Shown piece by piece: positions 1 through 8,221 of a DNA stretch of 41,072 nt. The notes below the pieces were generated by a model, which searched no databases, had not been told where the DNA came from, and saw only the letters and a program-made list of their open reading frames with translations. The translations under genes were made by a program, and so were the position numbers. The stretch's first letter is position 1; every line of letters begins with the position of its first letter. Origin of the DNA: a virus; the IMG/VR virus record IMGVR_UViG_3300050505_000076, positions 1 through 41,072 of that record; one strand, 5' to 3'.

Positions 1-127
1 GTCGTTTTACCTTCGATGGGAGTGATCGGTGCGGGCGCCCTCGAAACGGAGGGAGTTGCAGCCACTGCAGGTGTTGCAGGTTCGGGCTGCTTCTCGAACT
101 TCGCTTCGAGTTTGCCGAGTTCCGCGA
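1..127. repeat. Terminal overlap, copy 1 (identical to 40946-41072)
   Basis: Compared base by base: gtcgttttaccttcgatggg...gagtttgccgagttccgcga occurs at both ends. Confidence 0.97.
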
Positions 128-941
128 TGACGCGGCCCGGCGACAGAGTGCGCAGCCGTTCGGCGATATCCGGGTTTTTCGCGAGGTGATAGGCCAACTG
201 AGGCCCATACTCGCTCTCGACCATGAATTGAAGTCCGACATGAGGCACCTCGAAGTTCGCGCCCTCTACGACTTCTTCGTAGTCCGGGTGCGCCTTCATG
301 AATTCGCTCTGCCGCTTGATGAAGGTTTCCCCTCGCTCCGCGGCCTGTGCCTGTTGCGTGGACTTCTCGGCATTGGCAAGCGCTTCACGCTTTGCCTTTG
401 CCACTTCGTACTTGGTCAATGCCCTGGTGTATTCGCCAACCGTTTTGAAGTCTTCCTGCTTGGGCTCACCGGGATCGATGTCCTTCGCAGTTGCTGGGCC
501 GTTGCCTGACTTCGCTTTCAGCTCATCGATTTCTCGTTGGAGCTGTTCTGCCCTTTGCTCTGCCGCGAGCCGTTGCCGATAGGAATCGGCGCCGAACTCC
601 TCAGCCTCTTTCATCGCGCGATGCTTCTTCGCAATGATCTTGTCGATCTTGCGCTTGACCGCCTCACTCAACTCGCTCGTGTCGTCATCATCTGCGGGCT
701 TGCCCGCCTCTTCGATCTTCGACTCTTCCTTCGGCGCCTTCTCGCCATCTGCCTTCACGAACTTGCCGGTTGTGATATCGCGCGCCTTCTCGACGGCCGC
801 ATCGCTCGATGCCTTGGCCGCATCGATGGCGGCTTTCGATTCGCTGGCGGCCTTCGCAGCATCCCCTTCGGGCGCTTTGAACTCCGGCACCTGACGCTTC
901 TCGATGAACTCCAGCATGTTCTCGTTCGTGACGACCTGCAT
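1..941 (-). CDS. Scaffolding protein, N-terminal 313 codons (gene continues across the circular junction to 40855)
   Basis: My own minus-strand translation from ATG 941-939 gives MQVVTNENMLEFIEKRQVPEFKAPEGDAAKAASESKAAIDAAK... It is open to base 1 and rich in Ala, Lys and Glu with a coiled-coil character. It sits between portal and coat. The ORF track misses it because it runs off the window edge. Confidence 0.75.
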   Translation of the reverse strand, partial: MQVVTNENMLEFIEKRQVPEFKAPEGDAAKAASESKAAIDAAKASSDAAVEKARDITTGKFVKADGEKAPKEESKIEEAGKPADDDDTSELSEAVKRKIDKIIAKKHRAMKEAEEFGADSYRQRLAAEQRAEQLQREIDELKAKSGNGPATAKDIDPGEPKQEDFKTVGEYTRALTKYEVAKAKREALANAEKSTQQAQAAERGETFIKRQSEFMKAHPDYEEVVEGANFEVPHVGLQFMVESEYGPQLAYHLAKNPDIAERLRTLSPGRVIAELGKLEAKFEKQPEPATPAVAATPSVSRAPAPITPIEGKT

Positions 942-943
942 AC

Positions 944-3151
944 TCACTTACCTGCGCCGTTCGGCGCCCTGTCTTTCTCTGCGGCCTTCAAGGCCTTGTC
1001 TGCGGCTTCTCTCTCGTGAGCCGCCTCTACGTGGGTGTTGAGCAATTGCCCACCGACCCGAATCTCTGCAACGTCCCGCGCGGTCGCGCCTTGGATCTCG
1101 GCGACGTCTTTCTTCGCGCGGACGTTCTTGTCGACTTCGCTCACCCAGCCGACGAAATCACGCTCACTATTGGCGTTGTCGGCACCAACCTTCAATTCGG
1201 TGTTATGCACCGAAGTGACAGCCTTCATCTGCTCGCGCTTCGTTGCACCCTCTTCCTTCATCTGCGCGATGCTCGCGCCGTACTGCAGCTCCAATCCCAT
1301 CTGCTGGATCTGCTGATCCTTCTGCTGCATCTGAGCTTGAAGCGCGCCGATAATCGTCTGCGCCTGCTTCGGCAGGTTCTCGATGATCTTGTCCACGGCG
1401 CCCGGAATGGTGACGGCAAGGCGATCGGCCACCTCATCTGCACCTGGAAAGTCCATGTTGCGCACAACGATGTCGCCGGAGGTCTTTGCGACCATCTCGC
1501 CGAGTGGCGTGCCGAGGAGCTCCACCATTGACTCCGCGGCTTCCTCGCGCTTCGTGGCATAACCGGGACCGGTGTCCATCACGACGTCGTAGCGTCCGAC
1601 AGATAGGTCGTTCTTGACGCGAACAACTGCGGGATTCTCTGGACTCGGCTCCGGCTGATTGATGCCAACCATCTGCGGGATGCCATCATCGCCGATGATT
1701 CGCTGCATACGAGCGGTGTCGTAGTAATACGGGATCTGCTCGAGCAGGATGGATCCTGTCCACGCGATGGCGAGCGTCTGATTGTCGTAGTACTGGAAGT
1801 GCGTGAGGTCCTGCATGCCCTGCCGGCGCTGCAGATACTTGTTTCCGCTCACTACGCGCGCGGAGATCTCCGGATTCTCCTGCGGCATGCCGGCGACTGA
1901 CATCAGGTCATGCTCAGCGCCCTGAGCCGCTTCGGACATGCCCGCCTCGACCTGCGCGGGCTGAACTCGCTGCGGTGGAGGGAGCGGCGTCACGCCATCA
2001 GGGCCAGCAATCGGCTTGTACACGAGCGTCGAGTACGACTTCTGATTGGCGTCGTTCCACTCCGGGTGGCCTTCGATTTGCCCTTCGGCCACGACCCATG
2101 GCGCCTTCGGTGTGAGCGCATAGCGCTCCGTCTGAGCCGTGCGCCAATAGTTGAACATCTGCGCAGGGTCTTTCAGGTCCTCGACCATTCCCTTGCGCTT
2201 CACGAGGCCATTCACGTCAAGAACGTTGCCCTCGCAGCGGATCACGGGGATGAACCGGCCGGGAATCTCCCGCTGATCCACCACATCACAGCCGTTGAGC
2301 CGGAACCACTGCACCACTCGTCGTGTGGTCGGGCGCTCCGCAACGATCGTGAGACCGATGGCCTGGATGTACTTGGGATCCTCCATCTCCGAGCGCAGCT
2401 TCACTGAGCCGTCAGAGAACCTGACGAGCCGATCCTTCACCTCATGGATGCGGTAGTACTCGGCGAGGCGCAGTTCTTCCTTGTTCTCCCAGAACGTCGT
2501 CATATCGCCGGGAGCATCTGCGTATGACCAATCAGCATTCTTCGCCTGCGGGTACCGGCGCTTATACTCCGCGCGCTTCATCGTTTCACTGATGATGCAC
2601 CACGCCTGGTCCTCGCCGGCCGGCATCACCGCGCCAGGGTCCATGTAGACCGTGAACGGGTTGCGAATCGGCTTGATCAACAGTTCCTGATCGAAGCTGC
2701 GCTCATCGATGTACTCCGAGACGATGCGCCAGTAGCCCCAACCGATATTGATCGCGCTGATCACGCCGGTGTCGTAGGCCACCGAGGCATTGCTGCGCGT
2801 CTCGATGTGGCGTATCAGGCCGTTGACCACTGATGCCGTGTCGACATCCGCGCCATCGCCCACGGCGTGACACTTGATCCGCGGACGCTGCTGGCGAAGC
2901 GTGTTCTCCAGGCGCGCGCAGAAGGTGTTCGTGTGGTTGATGGTGAGCGCGGGACGGCCATCGATCTTGCGCACGTTGCGCACGTCCGCATCCCACTGCT
3001 CGCCCCAACGGAACTTGAGTGCATCGATGCCCTTGATCCGGTTCTCAGACTCGGCCGCCATCGCCATACGCAGGCGTTCGGCGCACTCGCGCCAGATGCC
3101 TTCGTTGGTCGTGGCGTCACGATCGAAGTCTGAGGGCTGGGCGCTCACCAT
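944..3151 (-). CDS. Portal protein (P22 gp1-like, with long C-terminal helical barrel)
   Basis: 735 aa. The N-terminal block ENRIKGIDALKFRWGEQWD...RPALTINHTNTF...GWGYWRIVSEY resembles P22-type portals. The C-terminus is Gln/Glu-rich and helical. It lies downstream of terminase. A GGAGGGG Shine-Dalgarno precedes the ATG. Confidence 0.88.
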   Translation of the reverse strand: MVSAQPSDFDRDATTNEGIWRECAERLRMAMAAESENRIKGIDALKFRWGEQWDADVRNVRKIDGRPALTINHTNTFCARLENTLRQQRPRIKCHAVGDGADVDTASVVNGLIRHIETRSNASVAYDTGVISAINIGWGYWRIVSEYIDERSFDQELLIKPIRNPFTVYMDPGAVMPAGEDQAWCIISETMKRAEYKRRYPQAKNADWSYADAPGDMTTFWENKEELRLAEYYRIHEVKDRLVRFSDGSVKLRSEMEDPKYIQAIGLTIVAERPTTRRVVQWFRLNGCDVVDQREIPGRFIPVIRCEGNVLDVNGLVKRKGMVEDLKDPAQMFNYWRTAQTERYALTPKAPWVVAEGQIEGHPEWNDANQKSYSTLVYKPIAGPDGVTPLPPPQRVQPAQVEAGMSEAAQGAEHDLMSVAGMPQENPEISARVVSGNKYLQRRQGMQDLTHFQYYDNQTLAIAWTGSILLEQIPYYYDTARMQRIIGDDGIPQMVGINQPEPSPENPAVVRVKNDLSVGRYDVVMDTGPGYATKREEAAESMVELLGTPLGEMVAKTSGDIVVRNMDFPGADEVADRLAVTIPGAVDKIIENLPKQAQTIIGALQAQMQQKDQQIQQMGLELQYGASIAQMKEEGATKREQMKAVTSVHNTELKVGADNANSERDFVGWVSEVDKNVRAKKDVAEIQGATARDVAEIRVGGQLLNTHVEAAHEREAADKALKAAEKDRAPNGAGK

Positions 3152-3342
3152 CCCCTCCGCAACTTCTCACGTGCACCGATCCCAAATGCGATACGCACTC
3201 GGAAACCCATTCCGATCGCGCCATACATTCGCTCACGTTCGAAATGCACACGCAGAAACAACACACGCCATCCGCCCATCACTTCATCCATGTGAATGAA
3301 GTAGATTTTCGGGCTCCACCAAAATGGCAGGTAGACACTCAC
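3145..3342 (-). CDS. Small hypothetical protein (GTG start)
   Basis: 65-aa ORF coupled at both ends: GTGA overlap with the upstream gene at 3339-3342 and a 7-nt overlap with the portal start. The local GC is lower, so coding status is uncertain. Confidence 0.35.
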   Translation of the reverse strand: MSVYLPFWWSPKIYFIHMDEVMGGWRVLFLRVHFERERMYGAIGMGFRVRIAFGIGAREKLRRGW

Positions 3343-3638
3343 AGCTTTGCTCGCAGCCTCACGGCCGTATCGCTCATCGCTCGCTTGATCTGCCGGGCGA
3401 TTTCATCCATCCGCGAGTGAGAGTCCATCTGTCCGACGCGCAGCGCCTGAGCCTCCTCAAGCTGCTTTACGCAGTCCTCGGCTACAGCTTTCCAGTCGTC
3501 CAGTTCCTTCGCCGCGGCCAGTAGCGCCTCACGGATCTCCTTCGCGGTGGGCTTGGGCGCATCCTGCTCAAGCGCGCGGAGCTGCTCAGACGTGATGCGG
3601 CTGTCGGTGTACTGCTTTTCGGGGAGGGCGAAGCTCAT
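3339..3638 (-). CDS. Hypothetical helical protein between terminase and portal
   Basis: ATGA overlap with the TerL stop at 3635-3638. The 99-aa product is charged and helical (MSFALPEKQYTDSRITSEQLRALEQ...). Confidence 0.6.
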   Translation of the reverse strand: MSFALPEKQYTDSRITSEQLRALEQDAPKPTAKEIREALLAAAKELDDWKAVAEDCVKQLEEAQALRVGQMDSHSRMDEIARQIKRAMSDTAVRLRAKL

Positions 3639-4981
3639 GATGCGAGCCATCCATTCCCGCGAGGGAATACGCGTGGCGGAGGCGCAGCCTTCTTCTCCTG
3701 CTTCTCCGCGGTCAGTTCAGGGAACAGGCTCGACAGGCCCCAGATCATGGCGTCGGCTCGATTCGGGCTGTTCGCGCCCGTGTAGCCGTGCGTTGTGAAC
3801 GCGCACAACTCATCCTCGAGTTGAGGGAATACACCAGCGAGACGAGCCTTGCCGGTCTCGCAGAAGGCTGATACGGGCTCTGCGCGCACAACCTTGCCGC
3901 GGCTCGCGCGCACTTCACGGAATGGCGTGCGAGGGCGCGCCGTGTGGATGACGTTGCGAACCATGGCGCCGCCGTAGTTCACTTCCGCAACGATCGCATC
4001 GGCCTGATGGCGGTCGAATGCCTGAGTGGCCACTTTCCCCCACGTGGCTGGGCCGGTCTTGCAGGTCAGGTCCTCAAGCACGTAGCCGTTGCCATCGAGG
4101 CCAAGGCCACAAACGACGATGCCGATCTCGTCGTTGTCTTGGTTGTCCTCGTCATCTGCGCCAGACGGATCGATCGCGACCACGATACGCAGCATGTCCG
4201 GGAGCGATGCATCGATCACTCGCCAGCGATCGAGGACCTCGTCGACGAACAGCGCATTGGGCGCCATCTCGCGAAACTCACCCTTGAGGAATCGCGCCTG
4301 AAGCCGAACCGGCAAGCCCGACAGCGTCTTCAGGTAATCGCCGGCAAGGTTCTCCGCGTTGTCCTGCGGATTCATCTGGATCGAGCCGTACTCCTCGCGA
4401 TTGGCCAGCGCCTGCTTCGTCTCTGGATCCTGGCCGCTCTTGAAGAGCTTGTAGGTCCAGTGACCTTTGTCTGGCGGGTTCTCGTCGTAGTACATCTTCA
4501 GCGGCAGCGGTCGCTTGTCGCGGATGTTCTCGTGCACGAGCTGCGCGAGACGCGTGACAGCCATGTTGCGGCTGGTCCACGGAATCTGAGAGCACTCATT
4601 CAGGTGGATCGTGGCGTACTCGTTGCCGAGAATCTTCTCGGTGCGTTCCTTGTCGTCGAGCCCACCGAACCAGTATTCGGAGCCATTCGGGAATGCCACG
4701 AACCAGTCCGTCTTGTTGAGCTCGTAGTCCTGGCCAGGAAAGCAGAGCTTCATCACCTTCGGGAACGTGTCGTAGATGATGCTCGACTTGATGTGGCCAA
4801 ACCGGAAGCGCAGAGACACGTGCCGGCTTCCCGGCGCTTTCAGCGCACGGACAACAATGGCGCGCACGATCAGGAAGGTTTTGCCGCTGCGTGAACCTCC
4901 GAACAGCATGAGGTGACGCGCGGGCGACGCCAGCAACCGATTGGCCTCCTCCTGCTTGCGCGTGAGCCTAAAGGTCTGCAT
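3635..4981 (-). CDS. terL: Terminase large subunit
   Basis: Starts MQTFRLTRKQEEANRLL. Walker A motif is LFGGSRSGKTF. The C-terminal nuclease-like half includes VAIDPSG...DEIGIVV. The longer track ORF (to 5275) overlaps terS out of frame, so ATG 4981 was chosen. Confidence 0.9.
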   Translation of the reverse strand: MQTFRLTRKQEEANRLLASPARHLMLFGGSRSGKTFLIVRAIVVRALKAPGSRHVSLRFRFGHIKSSIIYDTFPKVMKLCFPGQDYELNKTDWFVAFPNGSEYWFGGLDDKERTEKILGNEYATIHLNECSQIPWTSRNMAVTRLAQLVHENIRDKRPLPLKMYYDENPPDKGHWTYKLFKSGQDPETKQALANREEYGSIQMNPQDNAENLAGDYLKTLSGLPVRLQARFLKGEFREMAPNALFVDEVLDRWRVIDASLPDMLRIVVAIDPSGADDEDNQDNDEIGIVVCGLGLDGNGYVLEDLTCKTGPATWGKVATQAFDRHQADAIVAEVNYGGAMVRNVIHTARPRTPFREVRASRGKVVRAEPVSAFCETGKARLAGVFPQLEDELCAFTTHGYTGANSPNRADAMIWGLSSLFPELTAEKQEKKAAPPPRVFPRGNGWLAS

Positions 4982-5240
4982 CGGTCGATGAGATGACGAT
5001 GGGGAGCACGACCTTGCCGCTGTGCTCGACCGCGGCGAGGCGCGGGTGCAGATACGGAGCGACTGACTTCGCGGCATCCGTTCGCATCGCCATGGACTGC
5101 TCTTCATCCCGCATGACGCTGAGCAGGAACTCGACTGGGGAGACGCCTTTGTCGGCCGCCGCGGATGCGATTGCAGCTTGCTTCCGATTGCGCCCGCCTG
5201 GGCGACGTCCCGCACCTGGCCTAGCGCCACCGCGCGGCAT
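4968..5240 (-). CDS. terS: Terminase small subunit (putative)
   Basis: 90 aa with a basic N-terminus (MPRGGARPGAGRRPGGRN) followed by SPVEFLLSVMRDE, as in many small terminases. It overlaps the terL start by 14 nt. A GAGGAT Shine-Dalgarno lies upstream. Confidence 0.7.
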   Translation of the reverse strand: MPRGGARPGAGRRPGGRNRKQAAIASAAADKGVSPVEFLLSVMRDEEQSMAMRTDAAKSVAPYLHPRLAAVEHSGKVVLPIVISSTDADL

Positions 5241-5271
5241 TTGAAATCCTCTGAAAAATATTCAGGCGCAA

Positions 5272-5646
5272 TCACGCAGCCCTCAGATCATCACGCACGA
5301 TCGCCACATCCCGCTCTGAGCAGACGATGTGCTTGACCCCATTCACCATGACCTCGGGAAACTGGTAGCCCTTCCCGTCGAACTGATTCAGGCCGCCGAG
5401 CTCGACGATGTCGCCGGGCTTCACTTCGGTTGGCTGGAAGCGCTTGGAGTAGTCCATGAGACCCTTGGGGCCTTTCTCGTTGCGCTTGTACTTGATCGGA
5501 TGATGGCCGGGCCCTACTGCAACCACCTCACCGCGCACAGGCCTCCCGTGGCGGATGGCGATCACGGTCTTGTTCGCATCCCAGTCGAGCGGCTTCACCA
5601 GGATCCGATCGCCGACCATGCGAAGGATGCCGTTGACGACTTCCAT
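5272..5646 (-). CDS. GroES/Cpn10-like co-chaperonin
   Basis: MEVVNGILRMVGDRILVKP...RGEVVAVGPG...VKPGDIVEL matches the GroES signature blocks. The start was chosen at the internal ATG that abuts the upstream stop at 5646. Confidence 0.7.
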   Translation of the reverse strand: MEVVNGILRMVGDRILVKPLDWDANKTVIAIRHGRPVRGEVVAVGPGHHPIKYKRNEKGPKGLMDYSKRFQPTEVKPGDIVELGGLNQFDGKGYQFPEVMVNGVKHIVCSERDVAIVRDDLRAA

Positions 5647-5918
5647 CAGTGGCTCCCGTTCACGAGCGCGAGGCGCACGCCGCCAGCGACCGAACCTTCC
5701 GCGGGCTGCGGCACATCCCAGTCTTGTGGCCGGTGATAGGCGAGCTGGAAGTGATCCATGCTCCGGCCGCATTCCATGTGCTTCAGGTACCAGTCATCCA
5801 TGCGCTTGAGATTCGGCGCGATGTACTGCACATCGTTGCCAAGACGCTCGCCAATGCAGAACGCGTCCTCCAGCTTCGGATGATGCGAACAGACGAGAAA
5901 TAGGCGGTTCGCGCTCAC
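5646..5918 (-). CDS. Hypothetical protein (GTG start)
   Basis: 90-aa ORF with a GTGA overlap with the upstream small gene. No domain recognised. Confidence 0.55.
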   Translation of the reverse strand: MSANRLFLVCSHHPKLEDAFCIGERLGNDVQYIAPNLKRMDDWYLKHMECGRSMDHFQLAYHRPQDWDVPQPAEGSVAGGVRLALVNGSH

Positions 5919-6058
5919 TTCTTGCCCTTCTCGCGATACTCGCTATACGCAACCGCGGCGCGCTGGCTCTGCTTCGGGAAAGACTTGCGGGCTTCGGCCG
6001 AACGCATGTAGCGGCCAATGAATTTCGAGAGTTTCTCGCCTTTCTGTGGCTCGGGCAT
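5915..6058 (-). CDS. Small basic hypothetical protein (47 aa)
   Basis: Hand translation gives MPEPQKGEKLSKFIGRYMRSAEARKSFPKQSQRAAVAYSEYREKGKK. It is below the ORF-track size cutoff and fills the gap exactly between neighbouring genes. Confidence 0.5.
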   Translation of the reverse strand: MPEPQKGEKLSKFIGRYMRSAEARKSFPKQSQRAAVAYSEYREKGKK

Positions 6059-6061
6059 GCC

Positions 6062-6475
6062 TCACCCGATGTTGAGTGTGATCGTGACGTTCGTCGGCGG
6101 ATTGGGCGTAGAGAGCGGCAACACTTTGGATGCTTGGGTCGTGAGCACACTGCATCCGCCCGCATTACAGGCTTTCACGCGAGCGAAGACGGTATCCCCT
6201 GGATTGGCCGTGACCGTTTGCGTGGTCGTCGTGCCGGTCGTTACCGTTGCGGTGGGCGCGGTTGCGACGGTGTCCGGGATAGATGCGGTGCTAATCCAGA
6301 CCTGATAACTCGTGATCGCTTGCGCGCCGGTGAGCGCGGAGCCATCGACGGCGGCGGTGGGCGCAGTCCAAGAAACCGTGATACTGGGAGTGGCGGCGTA
6401 TGCGCAGCGAACGGCGAGAAAGTCGAGCGCTACTAATGCTACGGCAATTGCTAGAAGCGAATAGACACGGTGCAT
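6062..6475 (-). CDS. Secreted fibronectin type III-like domain protein
   Basis: Signal peptide MHRVYSLLAIAVALVALDFLAVRCAYA|A. The Fn3-like pattern is TVSWTAP...ITSYQVW...GDTVFARVKACNAGGCS. A GGAGGG Shine-Dalgarno lies 7 nt before the ATG. Confidence 0.7.
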   Translation of the reverse strand: MHRVYSLLAIAVALVALDFLAVRCAYAATPSITVSWTAPTAAVDGSALTGAQAITSYQVWISTASIPDTVATAPTATVTTGTTTTQTVTANPGDTVFARVKACNAGGCSVLTTQASKVLPLSTPNPPTNVTITLNIG

Positions 6476-6529
6476 GCGGAGACCCTCCAACATGCATTGT
6501 CTGCACTCCGCTACAACATTGCTCGCATA

Positions 6530-6742
6530 TTAATCTGAATTCGATTCAGATTTATCTGACGTTCCACGTGAATCAATTTCGATCTCGATCTTGCGGCGAC
6601 GATACGCAATGCGATTCGCGATGTAGCGCAACGTTTGGCCGGTCTGTTCCGCGATCTGCTTATTCGTAAGGCAGGCGGCGCGCTTCTGTGCCTCCCGATC
6701 GATGAGTGCATCGCCATCTGTCGTGATGGGTGGTCGTCTCAT
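6530..6742 (-). CDS. Small HTH DNA-binding protein (sigma-70 region 4/LuxR-like), possible late-gene regulator
   Basis: LTNKQIAEQTGQTLRYIANRI is a helix-turn-helix. It is the last gene of the replication block, just before the packaging and morphogenesis genes. Confidence 0.55.
   Translation of the reverse strand: MRRPPITTDGDALIDREAQKRAACLTNKQIAEQTGQTLRYIANRIAYRRRKIEIEIDSRGTSDKSESNSD
6532..6552. repeat. Perfect 9-bp palindrome AATCTGAAT-tcg-ATTCAGATT in an AT-rich patch
   Basis: It overlaps the last codons of the HTH gene and lies about 60 nt upstream of the Fn3-like gene start. A TAATAT -10-like hexamer is adjacent on the minus strand. Confidence 0.4.
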
Positions 6743-7023
6743 GTGACTTGGGTCCCCAACGCTTGGAACGCCTCATCGAGTGTCTTCACAACCGGTACGT
6801 TCCACCGCGCGAGCATGTCTTTCTGCGTCTGCTTCCGCCGTCGCTTGTAGTGCCCGCTCTCGACTTCGAGCAGTGCGAGTCGGCCGGTGGAACGTTGGCG
6901 CAGGAGCAGGTCAGGCAGCTCCTCAGATGAAAGACGCACGCACTCCCAGCCGCAGAGTTCTAAGCCTTCGACAATGTCGGGCTCCGTGGAATCGCGACGT
7001 GCGGCGTAGCGAGGCATGCTCAT
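6739..7023 (-). CDS. VRR-NUC / PD-(D/E)xK nuclease-like protein
   Basis: EPDIVEGLELCGW...LPDLLL...LALLEVESG...KQTQKDMLARWNVPVVKTLDEA follows the VRR-NUC layout, with Ser where the usual Lys would be. ATGA overlaps occur on both sides. Confidence 0.5.
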   Translation of the reverse strand: MSMPRYAARRDSTEPDIVEGLELCGWECVRLSSEELPDLLLRQRSTGRLALLEVESGHYKRRRKQTQKDMLARWNVPVVKTLDEAFQALGTQVT

Positions 7024-7241
7024 ACGATCGCCGTCTCCGCATCACGCTCTGCGATAGAACGCGCCTCGTCTTCCGTCATCAGTCCGCACGCAAGCGGCGC
7101 AAACCAAGCGCCACCGGGCACGACCTTCCATGCAGTCCACCGCTCGTCGCTGCCTTCGCCCGTCGAACACACCGAGTACCGATTGCACTTGCTGTAACAG
7201 CCGCGCGAGTCCGTGCGCTTGTCCTGCCATTCGAGTGTCAT
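7020..7241 (-). CDS. Hypothetical protein
   Basis: 73-aa ORF, translationally coupled (ATGA) to the helicase and nuclease genes. Confidence 0.55.
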   Translation of the reverse strand: MTLEWQDKRTDSRGCYSKCNRYSVCSTGEGSDERWTAWKVVPGGAWFAPLACGLMTEDEARSIAERDAETAIV

Positions 7242-8221
7242 TCGTAGGCGTCCGCCGGCAGATACCGTATGGGTCTGCCGAACTGGTCGAGATTGAACTG
7301 GCGGGCGCGGCGGTGGAACCAGCCCGTGAGATCACCGAGCGATCCGAATCCGTGGCGCTGCTTCGCGATGATGATGCGCATTCCCGTCACGTCCGCCGTC
7401 GGGTTCTCGCTGTCCTTGCGACGGATAAAGAGCACGTTGTCGGCAATGCCGGCGAGCTCGCGCGCGCCGCCCACATCGTTCGTATCCGGATCTTCCCCCT
7501 TGACCGGCGGTTTCTTCGGATGCGCGACGATGTGGATATGCGTCTGAGTTTGCTGGGCGGTCGCCGCGACAAGGTTTGCGAAGTTTCGCTGCGCCTCCCA
7601 ATCCTGTGTCGGGATGTCGAGTTTCATCAGCGAATCGACGATGGCGTGCGTAACACCACCTGCCGCAAGCTTGCGAATCACCGCAAGCAGATCCCGATGC
7701 TTTGCAAGTCCGACCTTCGACCAGATCGAGAGCCGGCCCGCGAAGGCATCGATAAACCACTGCACCTGATGCGCGTTGGGTCGATCGGTGCCCGCAGCCG
7801 TTGCGGCAAGACGCACAAGCAGATGCTTGGGATGCTCTTCGAGGCTCGCGAAGAACACGCCTTGATCCCGCTGCAGTAAATGGCAGGCGAGCTGGCGCAG
7901 GAGCGTGGTTTTGCCGGCTCCAGGGAAGCCTGACCAGATCGTGACACCGCACGGATAGAGCCGCAGACGCTCGCCGTGAGCATCGAACGGCGTCGTCGCG
8001 AAACACGCCATCTCGTGCTCGTATTCCGCGAGGAGCTGCTTGCCGTCGAGGCGCGCCATGTCGAGCAGGCGCTCGTCAGGGTCCCTGTCGAACTCCGGCG
8101 CGCTCGTCGGCGCGAGCATGCGCTCGACGCGCTGGCCCTTGTCCCAGTCTTCGCGAACCTTGCGGTATGCGCGGGCCGCCTCGTCGATCTCGGCGCGCGA
8201 GGGGAATGCGGTCACCGCCAT
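7238..8221 (-). CDS. Replicative DNA helicase (DnaB C-terminal/RecA-fold, RepA-like)
   Basis: Walker A is GFPGAGKTTLL and Walker B is HAIVDSLM, followed by HIHIVAHPKKP. ATG 8221 has an AAGGA Shine-Dalgarno upstream. Confidence 0.8.
   Translation of the reverse strand: MAVTAFPSRAEIDEAARAYRKVREDWDKGQRVERMLAPTSAPEFDRDPDERLLDMARLDGKQLLAEYEHEMACFATTPFDAHGERLRLYPCGVTIWSGFPGAGKTTLLRQLACHLLQRDQGVFFASLEEHPKHLLVRLAATAAGTDRPNAHQVQWFIDAFAGRLSIWSKVGLAKHRDLLAVIRKLAAGGVTHAIVDSLMKLDIPTQDWEAQRNFANLVAATAQQTQTHIHIVAHPKKPPVKGEDPDTNDVGGARELAGIADNVLFIRRKDSENPTADVTGMRIIIAKQRHGFGSLGDLTGWFHRRARQFNLDQFGRPIRYLPADAYE

Noticed and set aside
186-1019. Four overlapping plus-strand ORFs (186-509, 298-582, 537-1019, 634-894)
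   Set aside because: They are antisense or alternative frames of the minus-strand scaffold gene, which is open across the circular junction and fits the portal-scaffold-coat order. Their products are Leu/Arg/Cys-rich, as is typical of GC-rich antisense frames.
3635-5275. 546-aa version of the terminase ORF with a 98-aa N-terminal extension
   Set aside because: The extension overlaps the terS gene out of frame and is Ser/Arg/Pro-rich. ATG 4981 gives a normal TerL N-terminus just before the Walker A motif.
7130-8006. ORFs 7130-7879 (+), 7332-8006 (-), 7387-7572 (-) and 7678-7983 (-) inside the helicase gene
   Set aside because: They are shadow ORFs of the Walker A/B-containing helicase frame.
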